Of a stretch of DNA of 64,000 nucleotides, positions 34,984-46,377 are shown in pieces. A model generated the notes under the pieces. The model saw only the letters and a program-made list of their open reading frames with translations, had not been told where the DNA came from and did not search any database. Origin of the DNA: Selaginella moellendorffii (Eukaryota; Plantae; Lycopodiophyta); assembly GCF_000143415.4 (NCBI RefSeq), contig NW_003314369.1:1-64000 (forward strand). The letters run 5' to 3'. A program made the translations under genes and the position numbers. Position 1 is the stretch's first letter. Each line of letters opens with the position of its first letter.

Positions 34984-37900
34984 TGTGAGTGCATGGAATA
35001 TGGAAAGGGAATACAGAAATGTACATATCAATTAACCCAAAAACCATAGCTTATATACAAAAGTGAGTAGTCCGGATTGAAACCAATTTGACGGCTACCA
35101 AAATCCCACTACGCTAATATTAGTATATGGCATCATAGCCGTACACTTGGCCCTCACATCATCCCCTCCTCTCGGAATAATGGAAGACCATCAGAGTTTT
35201 CTTATAGACGGGCTGGGATCTGGAGGAACATCAAGAGGAGGCATTGGCGGATCTGTAGATGGTATTAACTACTCCTGATCCCTTTGTATGAAGTGTTTTA
35301 ATTGCTGCACATGCACAATATTTGGAGGATCGGCTTGCTGGATATCATGCCGAACCTCATAAACTTGTGGTCCAACTTGCCGCAACACCCGATACGGTCC
35401 TTTCCACTGTGCAAGAAGCCCCTTAGATAAACCACGTACCGTAAAATGGGAAAAATGGACTAACACTAAATCATTCACTTTGTACTCCGCAAGTGGACGA
35501 TGATGGGAGTTGTAGCGTTGTTGTTGTCCCACTTATATATGGCCTAAGTGTTTGGCAGATTCCGCTCGGACAAGTGGAAGAATGCTCGTCAAATATTGAT
35601 CCCATGATCTAGCATCCGTAGCTCGTGGCAATCACGAAGGTAAACCTAGCTCCATTGGTAATATTGGATCATGACCATATAAGAATTTATATGGTGAAGC
35701 ACCAACAGAACTCTGCACCCCAATAACATATGCATACCGAAGAGACGGCAAATAACCATCCCAATCCGAATGCTGAAAGTTCACATACTTCGTAATCATC
35801 CCCTTGAACGTCCGAACGAGCCATTCCACCAAACCATCTGATTGTGGATGATAAGCACTCGTGAAAGTGTGGTGAATCCCCAACCGAGACGTCAAAACAT
35901 GAAATGCCTCAACCATAAATGTGGGACCATTATCCGAAAGAATCCGCTCTAGACAAGAATGCTAGAACACCACTCAATTGAGGAGGAAGTATCCAAGAGC
36001 AGTTGCAAAGGCGCTAGCAAGAACACCAACTTCCACCCAACAAGTCAAATAGTCATAAACAATAATAACATACTCATTGCCAGTAGTCGACCGTGGAAAA
36101 GGTCCCATAAGATCAAACGCCACCAACTCAAATGGACGGGAAACTGCAATTGACTCCAACCGTCCTTCTGCAGCCCGAGGGGGAGTATTACGAGCTTGGC
36201 ACCAAACATAGCTACGCACATACCGGATAATATCACGTTGCATCTCCGGCCAATAGAAAGACTTGCGTAGCTTCTCGATTACATGACGATGTCCTATATG
36301 CCCACCTAGAACAGGAGAATCATGGTAGGCATGGAGAAATTGCGGAATAAAGATAAAAGGCACCACTAGCCATAAATGATCATCAAGATCTGTCCCCACA
36401 AAATAAAGAAGGCTATTTTCAAGACAATATTGAGAATGTAAATGCCGGAAAGGAAAGTCATCAACAAGTGATACAGGATTCTCAAAACTATCTCGAAGCC
36501 TTCGAATCCACAGCTCAATCTTTTGAGCCTCGCGAACCTCATCAAACGAAGGTAGATCTTGCTTTGCACCTTGTGGACACTGAACGTCAAGTACAACAAT
36601 TGCTGACGGCACAAAATCCTCGTCTAGAAAATCCATAAAACGCCTGAGATACTGCACCTTGCCCAAGAAGCGTTGCACATCATTCACACACTTCGGAGTA
36701 GGGAATTTTAGAACAGACACAAGTTTGTCAGGATCAACTTGCAAACCCTCACGAGAAATACGGTACCCAAGATAAGTTGTGTCCTTGGATCCAAATACGC
36801 ACTTCGACCGCTTCAGCTTTAAACCAACGTCGCGTAACCGATCCAACACTTTACAAACATCACGAACGTGCTCCTCCCATGTCCCCTCCGAGTGGATCAA
36901 GACATCATCAATAAAGTCAGCAGTCACCTCCGGCATATCGTAAAGAACCTCGTCCATCATCCATTGAAAAGTTGCTAAAGCATTGTTTAAACTAAATGGC
37001 ATCACCAAGAACTCATACAAACCAAATGGTGTATAAAAAGCAGTCTTAGGAATATCTTCTTCGGCTATCGGTACTTGCCAGTACCCAAAAGCAAGATTTA
37101 GCTTGGTGAACCAACGACTTCGCCTTAGATGATCCAAGAGATTAGCAGTGTGAGGAAGAGGGTACACATCCGGGATCATTACGTCGTTTAATGGACGATA
37201 GTCGATGCAAAAACGAATACTCCCATCAGGCTTCGTCACAAGATAAGGTTCACATGCCCAAGAACTCCACGACTTCTAAATAACACCCTTCTCCAACATT
37301 TCCTTGACATTTGCACGTAAAATCTTGATCTCCTTTGGTGACCGACGACGAACAGGAACCTTGATTGGACAAGCATCCCCAATTGGAATTGGATGACGTG
37401 TGGCAATTTTGGCTCCAGACGATAGGTCAAATTCAAAGAGATCAGAATACTCCTTCATGAGCCGGTCAACTGCTGCAACACAAAGATTGTCGGAAGGATC
37501 GGAAAAGGGAAGAGCAGAACAAGATGGAAACACAGGAGGAAATAGTGGGGGAACAAAAGTAATGGAAGCAAAGGTAGAAGTAGAGGGACGAAGAGGTACG
37601 GAAGTGAAAGGAATGGATTAAACATAAGGAAGTATGAGACAAGGGGGAGAAGCCTCAAAGTCACATTTGGCATGATTGCGCTGCAACCAATCCATACCAA
37701 GAATGAGGTCAAAAACTTGACTCGACACCACCCGCAACGACTGCAACTCAAGCTCGAGATCGCCCACACGCACAACTAGATCTGCCTCATCCCATGCACA
37801 TGCATGTGTACGACAGTTGCCATAAAGAATGAAAACTGGTTCCACTGCACGACGCAAGTGTAGACGACAACGTGTGGCAATAGGTCGAGCAATAGAAGAT

Positions 37901-39062
37901 AAACTCAAACCTATATCAACCAACACAGAGAGGATAATAGGAGACCTCTTGTTATAAAGACGAGCTTGGAAAGTAAACACTGGATGAATTGGTGCCGAGT
38001 GAACCCCTTGATGATACTCCCGAAAGAAAGATGGAGGGGTCACTGACTTATTCGCGCAAGGTCCCTCCATTACTCGTGCGACTCCTCGTTTCCCGGATGT
38101 ATCTCGGTGTCCAAACCTTCCACGACAGCAGCACCAATAGGACGTTGCTGACGCCAAGGTCTCCACCTAGGAAATGGGGTCGCCAATCCGGAAAACGCCG
38201 GCAACACCGATAAGTATGACCAACTTCATCACATGCCCAGCAGTGAACATCACGGCCACGACCACATCCTCGCCCTTGGCCTTGGACTCGAGCAGTAGCA
38301 GCATCAACCTCCATTGGAACAGGACCATCACCCACAAGAAGTGGAGTTGAAGGACGTGCAGCGAGAAGTGGAAGAGGCGATGTCTCATAACATTGTGCCA
38401 AGCGAAGAGCATCATCAAGGGTGGCAGGAGCAAGTGCATGCACAATTCTGACAAGATCTTGATGAAGTGCTGGCCACAACATTCCTAGCTTGATCCGCTT
38501 TGACATATTTGGCTCCGCACGAAGCAAAAGACTTCGGAAACGAACACCAAATTGCATCACCGACTCAAATGGCCCTTGGTGAAGACGATGCAATTGTTAG
38601 AAGGCATTGTCACAGTCGTCAGCATGTCCAAAGGCACGTTTGAAAATGTCTGGGAGAACACTCCAATCCTCACGAGTGGCTGCGCTCAAACCATTGTACC
38701 ACTGCAACGTCGTCCCTTGAAGACATGTGGGAAACTCACGTAAACGTCAAGTATCATCCCAAGAATGATATGTGGCAATCATTATGAAGTGATCGAACCA
38801 ATGGTACACATCATCCCCAGGATTCCCGCGAAAGAACTCCGGCCAAACGCGAGGATTAGCACCAAAAGTAGGAGGAGTTGTACTACGTGCCGTGAATGCC
38901 GCCATCAACTGAGTTCGGTTGTTCAATTGCAAGTGCATAGCATCAAGCAATTGTACCAATTGTTGCTCCAGAGTCAAAGGAGGAGATTGTTGATCTACTA
39001 TGAAGACAAACGAACTGCTAATATTAGTATATGGCATCGTAACCGTACACTTGGCCCTCACA
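34984..39062 (-). mobile_element. Short-LTR Ty3/gypsy element with 4-bp TSD, RNase H absent
   Basis: 3' LTR 34984-35158 (175 bp, TG...CA), 5' LTR remnant ~39018-39062, PPT GAGAGGAGGGGA, TSD CCTT; gag (PVPMEVD, CWACDEVGH), protease LVDIG, RT FIDD, integrase DLMGPFP and YHPQSDGLVE, WKGPY. Confidence 0.9.
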
Positions 39063-39301
39063 CCTTGGCAATATAATATAAAATATTTTCGAGAAGTTAA
39101 CATCATACTATCAGATTAATTATTATAGATAAATCCAACCAAAGATCAATTATTTTAACTAAATCTAACCATAGAAGTGATTCATTACCACATAGAAGTT
39201 GCTAAAAGGGAGCTAGATGCACAATAACAGCTTTAGTTGACATTTTCATAAATCCTTAAATATCCTAAAAAAATGTTTTGGAAATAGGAAATTATTAAAA
39301 G

Positions 39302-41180
39302 TTACTCTCCATTTAAATTGTAATAGCCAGATTGAGCTAAACAATGGAAATGATCATCACATACCATATGAGGTGAAGGAACATCAGGGTGGACGTTGAA
39401 CACTACCTGTTGCAACTGATTAAAGGAAGGCTCCTCAAACTCTGCAAGAAAGCCCTTGTCCAGCACCTGGCACCGGATGGTAACTACCAAGTCCCCATCC
39501 TCCTCCTGGGCAGCAGCCGACCATGGCAGATCCATCCCGGTCACCTTTACCATTGTATACAGAATGCCCTCGAGATCTGCTGAAGCATCAATCCCATTGC
39601 CCAACATCGAGTTCATGGAGCCAAACTCACACTAACACAATTGTCTGACACAAATACAGCAATCCTGAAGTCGAGAAGGTAGAACCTCTCCAAACCAACT
39701 CCTTCCTTGCCCTCATGGTAAGCAACCTTCCTGGGGCTGATGTCCCTGTGGATAATCCCCAGCTTGTGCAGCTTTAGCACCGTCTCCAGTAGGCTGGCCC
39801 CCATCTCCGTAGCATCTCGGATAGGAAGCGTCTTGCCATGTAGCAATTCACCAATATAACTCATGAGCACGATTGGGCAGCTTTTCCAACGAAACAGCTG
39901 TAAAGCCATGCCAAACCACAGTATATTAGTGATCCCAATTGAGCTCTTCAGCCAGGTTGAGAATGAGATCCGTGTTGCTGCCAGTGGATGCAAGATCAGC
40001 TATTGGAAGACCAAATCCTTCGGCTGCAAACTTGGCTGCATCACCTGCTGCTTGCCATCATCCAGCCGAACTAGATAGCAGCCTCCACAGAAGAGGAAGT
40101 TCACGTACATGTGGACGAGCTCCAGCTCCCATATCTCGCCTAAATTAGACTGCACAACTTAGGGAAGGCTCCAGCTTTGGAACACTAGCTCCTCATGGTG
40201 AAATGGTTGCCAAAAAAGTGCAAGGCACAGAAGATCTGGAAGAGGAGTTCCAGCAGTGCCAAACTATCCACATGCACCACTCCTGGTGTCACACCTGCGG
40301 CTCCATCACTCTGCAAGCTCCTTTGACAATATGAGAGACAGGCACAGATTTATTACCTATGGTCACATTCACAAATGATGCAATTGCATTTGTGAATACA
40401 ATCATAAGTAATAAATCTGTGCCTATAGACACATTGCCCAACACCACCTTCTTCTTGGCCCAAGCACCTATCCGGCGCTTCTTTGCCCTGTCCAGAACCT
40501 GGCCACACCCCTCAGCAAGCTTGGATTTGTCATTTTTAAACTCCACGTAGATGTCGCACCACTCGTAAGCATTACCTGATACCACCCTGGTCGGATGGAC
40601 GATGCCAATAGCCAAGTCAGGTAAGCTGGTGTCGGCCACTGCTGATCTTGCAAGTTTGGAACCGGTAGCACTTTCTGAAGTTGCGGGTGTCAACATTTTC
40701 CGTGGTACAGTGGCCAAGTACCAGTTGTGCTGCATGCTGGTAGACCTTGCCAAGATCATCGTAGGAGTCATCCAGCTCCCACACGCACTGGCAGATTTGC
40801 CAGCAGTTTGGATGGGAGCCAGATGACTCCTATGATGATCTTAGCATCACCGCTTGATGTCGGCCCGTACCTTTGTGAGGAGATTTGGGACGTTCCTTGC
40901 AAGCATTTTCACAACCGGCCCGATTTCAGCATCACTGAGCCCAAAGATGGCCGCGGTGGACTGTCACAATCCGTCCATCATTCTGATGCGCATTTTCCAA
41001 GTATGAGTACGAACTTTGCTCGCGCGGAAGATCTGCACAATGAGACCGAAATACACAAGCAAGAAGAAAAGCAAGAGAGGAACTTACTGATTATTGCTCT
41101 TGCCCTTACCGCATCCGCCTCACGCGCCCTTGCCGCCTCAAGCACCTCAAATGCCTACTTTGATGTGGACTATGTTCGAC
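39302..41180 (-). pseudogene. Decayed PD-(D/E)xK nuclease plus FunK1-like kinase gene (Crinkler-effector-like architecture)
   Basis: LPDLAI...IYVEFK...GQV (nuclease-like motif) followed by LHKLGIIHRDISP, YLLDF and ADLEGILY (FunK1-like kinase); frameshifts; GT-AG intron at ~41035-41088. Confidence 0.6.
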
Positions 41181-44100
41181 AATTTATGATGAGGACAGAC
41201 ATTCCCTGATCACACGGACAAGTGGTGCCACGTCAGCGAGTTCTTTATTGGAACCTCCTCTGATTGGAGACTGCTATAGCTTGGGATGCAATGGCTCGAG
41301 CAAGGTAAGACAAGAATTTCGTGTTTAGTGATTTATCAAGCACCACACCTTAGGAAACATTGAGAGTAGCATCAACAAAAAAATTCTTTACTCGGCATAA
41401 ACCAATGCCCTGCTGAAGACTCTCGTGCGCAAGCTAAAGCGTGACGAGAAGCAGAAGAAAAAGCAAAAGACTGTGGATGCTAGCAGTGCAGAGGGTGCAG
41501 ACCCTTCGGTAGGGACTGAGGTAGAACCAAACAAGGTTGAACAGACTGAAGTGGAATTAGTCCCTCAGGCAGTTCCCAAGTACAAACCAAAGCCCCCACC
41601 GGTCTTCAAGGGAGTGAATGACTATAAGGTGGTGGAGGATTAGTTTTACGATATGAAGGATTACTTCCGAGTGTTGCGGTTACCGAGCTCGGAGAAGGTC
41701 CTATGTGCAAAACCATACTTGGCAGACAATGCCAAGTCTTAGTGGAGAATAACAAAGGCCAACGAAGGACCGGTGGCCACTTGGGAAATGATGAAGGCGA
41801 GGATCTGTGCAACATATGTTCCTCCGAATGCTACTCTGCACCTAAGGGATGAGCTGAGTAGGCTGAAGCAGACCGGAACCATTCAAGAGTATGTGAATGG
41901 ATTTATGGCAAAGAGGATACTGGTCACGGATATGGGTGATATGGATGCGTTCCATGCCTTCATATCAGGCTTACAAACCTGGGCTCGTGGTGAGGTGATG
42001 CAATGGAACCCGACCAACTACAAGGAAGCGTTGGATGCGGCCATCAAGGTGCATTTCAACGATAACCTGTGAAAGGGGAACATGACGGGGTCGGGGTCCA
42101 CGTTTAGCAAAGGGGCCAAACTAAGGGGGACGTATAGCAAGGGAAATTCAAAAAGAGTTTCTTTAAGATCGAGTCCTTTGGGTTCCGGAAAGGCAAATCC
42201 GGGGGCCAGCGAGCAAGTACGTGGGGGAGTCAAGCGAAAAGAGACAAACCCACGGATAAAAAGGTCAAGTCGTTTAGTAGCGTAGGAAACAACGTATGCT
42301 ACAACTGCGGTGAAGCGGGACACTTTTCCAGGGAATGTCCCTACCCGAAGAAGGCCAGAGCTAATATAGCCATTAAGTTGGGTGAAATCCAAACTAAGGT
42401 ATGTGATCCAGTCCCTAATTCAAAGTTACTCATTATACGAGCAACTTTGGTAGAGAGTCATTCGTGACATCTATTAGCCTTCCGAGGGAAGCTCGGAGGT
42501 AGCTTTGTTAAAATCCTTATTGACACGGGTGCTTCAGATAATTTTGTGGCTGCAGACATAGTCTGGCAAGCCGGACTAACGGTGCAGCAGTTGGGCGAAC
42601 CAAGGACTATAGAGTTTGTTCAAGGTAGCCAAAGCACCGATGAGGTACTTCGACAAACAAGAGTCGAAGTAGGGACATGGAAAGTAGACATAGATTTCAC
42701 CGTGTTGGACATGGCGGGATTTGACGTGATCTTCGGGATGGATTAGTTTAATCGGATCGTGGTAGCCCTGCATGGACAAGGTAGGAACCTTGTGGTACTA
42801 GTGAATGCCCAAGGAAGAAGATCCAGGGTGGAGGCCCAAGATCTAAAGGTAGGGCAATGCAAGGCCAAAGATTCGTGCCTAAACCTGGTGTCCACGAGAG
42901 GACAACTCACTAAAGGGACCAAGGCAGCATTTTTGTGCTTACTCTCGGTGAGAAGTGACAAAAAGACAGTAACAGAAGAAGTACCTTTAGTGATCTAGCG
43001 GGTGTTGGACCAATTCTAGGATACCATACCGGAGGAGCTACCGGCAGGGTTGCCCCCCGCACGACCGATAGAACATAAGATTGAGCTGGTTGAGGGTGCT
43101 GAGGCAGTGGTTCATCCCCCCTATCGTTTGAACGAAAAAGAACTCGCGGAGCTCAAGCGCCAGCTAGAGGAGTTGGTAGACAAAGGGTATGTTAAGTTGA
43201 GCAAGTCGCCGTATGGGGCGCCGGTGTTATTTGTGAAAAAGAAAGATGGATCTATGCGCATGTGCATAGACTACCGGTTGCTCAACAAGTATACAAAGAA
43301 GAACAAGTACCCTTTGCCAAGGATTGAGGACCTGTTCAATAGGTTGGGAAAGGCAAAATACTTCTTGAGGATTGACCTAAGGTTAGGATACTACCAGATC
43401 AGAGTAGCAGAGGAAGATGTTGAGAAGACAACCTGTTAAACGAGGTATGGGAGCTTTGAGTTTCTGGTGATGCCCTTCGGGCTATGCAATGCGCCGGCAA
43501 CATTTTCGGCCTTGATGAACCACATCTCTGTACCCTATCTGGATCACTTTGTGGTCGTCTATATTGACAACATCCTGATCTATAGCAAAACGCTAAAGGA
43601 GCATGCCGAACACTTGAGAAAGGTGTTTGAGAAACTAAGAGAACACCAGTTGTATGCTAAAGAAAGCAAATGTGACTTTGCTCAACAAAAGATAAAGTTT
43701 CTCGGGCATGTGGTGGGCAAGGACGGGCTCAAGGTTGACCTTGAGAAGGTCCAAGCGATCCAGGATTGGGAGCGACTATCGAATGTACACGAGTTAAGGG
43801 CATTCTTGGGGGTATGCAACTACTACCGAAAGTTTATCAGACACTATTTGAGAGTAGCCCTGTCCTTAACGGACCAAACAGGAAAAGGGAAGATGGTATG
43901 GACAGCAGAATGCGAGGCGGCATTTGTCCACCTCAAATGGAAGTTAAGGAAGGCTCCCGTGTTGGCATTACCAGACTTCGGACTCTGAGGTAGAAACGGA
44001 TGCTTCAGACTTTGCGTTGGGGGCGCAATTTTGAAGCAAGACAACCATCCAGTAGCGTTCTTCTCAAAGAAGTTGGACAAGGCTCAACAGAAGTGGCCTG

Positions 44101-45069
44101 CCCACGAGAAGGAATTGTTTGCGGTGGTCAAGGCGCTCAAGGAGTAGCGACACTACCTTGGGAGACACTTCAAGGTTTACACGGACAATGTGGCAACGAA
44201 ACACTTCTTGTCACAGCCCAATTTGAGAGGGAAATAGGGCCAGTGGGCCAATGCTTTGGCCGAGTTCGATTGCAAGATTTTGTACAAGCCTGAAAAGAGC
44301 AACATCATGGCAAATGCGCTAAGTCGAAAAGTGAGCTTGAAGTTAGTGATATCCAGCACAACAGCAACCTTTTGGGATGATGTGCAGACAGCATATGAGA
44401 ACGATGGTCTAGCACAAGAAGTGTTGCTGCAGAATCTAGAGGCACGGGAAGCCCACAAAAGAGGTGAGCTGCCAACATAAGAGAAAATGGGCTATGCAAA
44501 ACGCAACGGACTCATCTATTACAAGCAAACAAAGGTGTATGTTCCAGAAGGGGAACTAAGGAAGGTAGCCTTAGAAGAGTGTCATGACGGACCTCTTGCA
44601 GGACACGGTGGAGTGCCCAAGACGATGAGCTTACTCAAAAGGAAGTACCACTGGCCAAATATGGCTAAGGACGTCCAAGACTATATAAAGACATGCCCAA
44701 CATGTCAGCAAGTCAAAGCCGTGACTAAGGTTAGTGGGGGCTTGTTACAAAGCATCCAAATTCTAGATCGTCTGTGGAAATGTCTTACGATGGACTTCAT
44801 CATGGGACTCCCCCCAAGCGAGGGGTTCGATGCGATGTTCATGGTGGTGGACCTATTTTCGAAGATGGCACATTTCATACCCACCACAATGGAAGTGGAT
44901 GCGGAAGGTGTGGCGAAACTGTTCTTTGAACAAGTGGTTTGAGTGCGGGGAAGGCCAGAAGAGATTATCTCAGATCAAGATAAGATCTTCACCAGTAGGT
45001 TCTAGAGAACTCTCCTGGAACAGTATCGCACCAAGTTGAAATTCAGCACAGCCTACCACCCACAGACAG

Positions 45070-45116
45070 GTATTGGGTATTAAGTCAAGTTTGATGGCAC
45101 TAACACTTCTTGACAG
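45070..45116 (+). other. 47-nt GT-AG intron in the integrase core (copy 1 equivalent 14854-14900, minus strand)
   Basis: G|GTATTG...CTAAC...TTGACAG; removal gives AYHPQTD(R)Q(M)ERVN. Confidence 0.85.
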
Positions 45117-45534
45117 ACAGACAAATGGAAAGGGTGAATAGGCAGCTGAAGGATTATTTGCGATGTTATGTCTCAGGAGACTAGACCGATTGGGTAAGTC
45201 ATTTGGGACTTGCGAAAATGTGTTATAACAACTCACCACATTCGAGCATCGGGGTGAGTCCATGGGAAGTCATCAATACGCGAGCTATTGAAAGTCTTGT
45301 GAAACTCAGTGTAGCCAAGTATCATGGAGAGTTACCCGTAGTGGAGGCATTCACGGTGGAAAGACTCAACATTTGGAATCTAGTGAGGGATTCCTTGGAA
45401 CGGGCTCAACAAATGCAAACCAAGTACGCAAACCAGAAGTGTCTGGATGTAGAGTTCTAAGCTGGGGAGAAGGTGTGGCTAAATACCAAGAACCTCAGGC
45501 TACCAAATGGGATCAGTCGGAAGTTGACCCAAAG

Positions 45535-45586
45535 GTAAAAATGCATGTATTCCTGTAAATGAATTGATCTTGAGTACCTTAAGCAG
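45535..45586 (+). other. 52-nt GT-AG intron before the integrase GPY/F motif (copy 1 equivalent 14384-14435, minus strand)
   Basis: AG|GTAAAA...TTAAGCAG|G; removal gives SRKLTQRFAGPYEI. Confidence 0.85.
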
Positions 45587-46377
45587 GTTCGCGGGGCCTT
45601 ACGAGATTGAGGCATGAATTGGTAAAGTGGCTTACCATCTCCAACTTCCTCAAGAGATGGGGAAAATGCACCCAGTGTTCCACGTGAACTTACTCAAGCC
45701 GTACTTTGAGGATTTTCTTCGCAAGGACCAAGTAAGACCTTTACCTAAGGTTATCCAAGGGGAAGAGGAATACGAAGTCGAGTCCATCCTCAATGCGTGC
45801 AAGAGCAAGTGACAAGGATGCGAGGTGGGAGAGTTCTATGTGAAGTGGAAAGGATTTCCATACTGCGAAGCAACATGGGAACTGGAGGAGAACCTAGCGA
45901 ACGCGTGAGGTTTAGTGGAGGAATTTCTACAAGGCAGAACTCTATGTACTTATGCAAAGTTCAATTAAAGTATCAATTTGTAAAGTTGAGCAATGGCATA
46001 TGTTAGGACCTGAAAGCGTGCCGAAGGTAAGCTATTTAGCATGGATTAGCTAGCTCGACCAAGCGTAGGGAACTACGCCCGACTCCCCGCGAGGATGTCG
46101 AATCCGTAGACATATTCTACGGAGGTTGGGTTTGAGTCCCAACCCCCTAGTAAAGCAAGGCTGGGTTCAAGTCCCAACCCCATACTATGGCGTGGTGAGG
46201 TGAGGAGTATAGGGACACCTATATTCCGTTGTCATGGGCTCTTGGCCGGGGAGGCTAACTTAGGCACACTGCTAAGTGGGGGGATGCCCCCGGAGACATG
46301 GTCAACAAGTCGTAAGATAAAAAAAAAAAGAGAGACGTTCAATGTGGGCATCGGACTTCTTCTATGGGTGGTGGAGT

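Noticed and set aside
44463-44481. GTGAG...TAAG as a micro-intron removing the shared TAA stop
   Set aside because: At 18 nt it is too short for spliceosomal splicing; a CAA>TAA mutation is simpler.
45194-45199. GTAAGT donor-like site in the integrase (DWVSHL)
   Set aside because: The reading frame matches the integrase consensus without removing anything.
46125-46175. tRNA gene or SINE
   Set aside because: Only T-arm-like hairpins, with no D-arm/A-box or acceptor stem; treated as part of the structured module.
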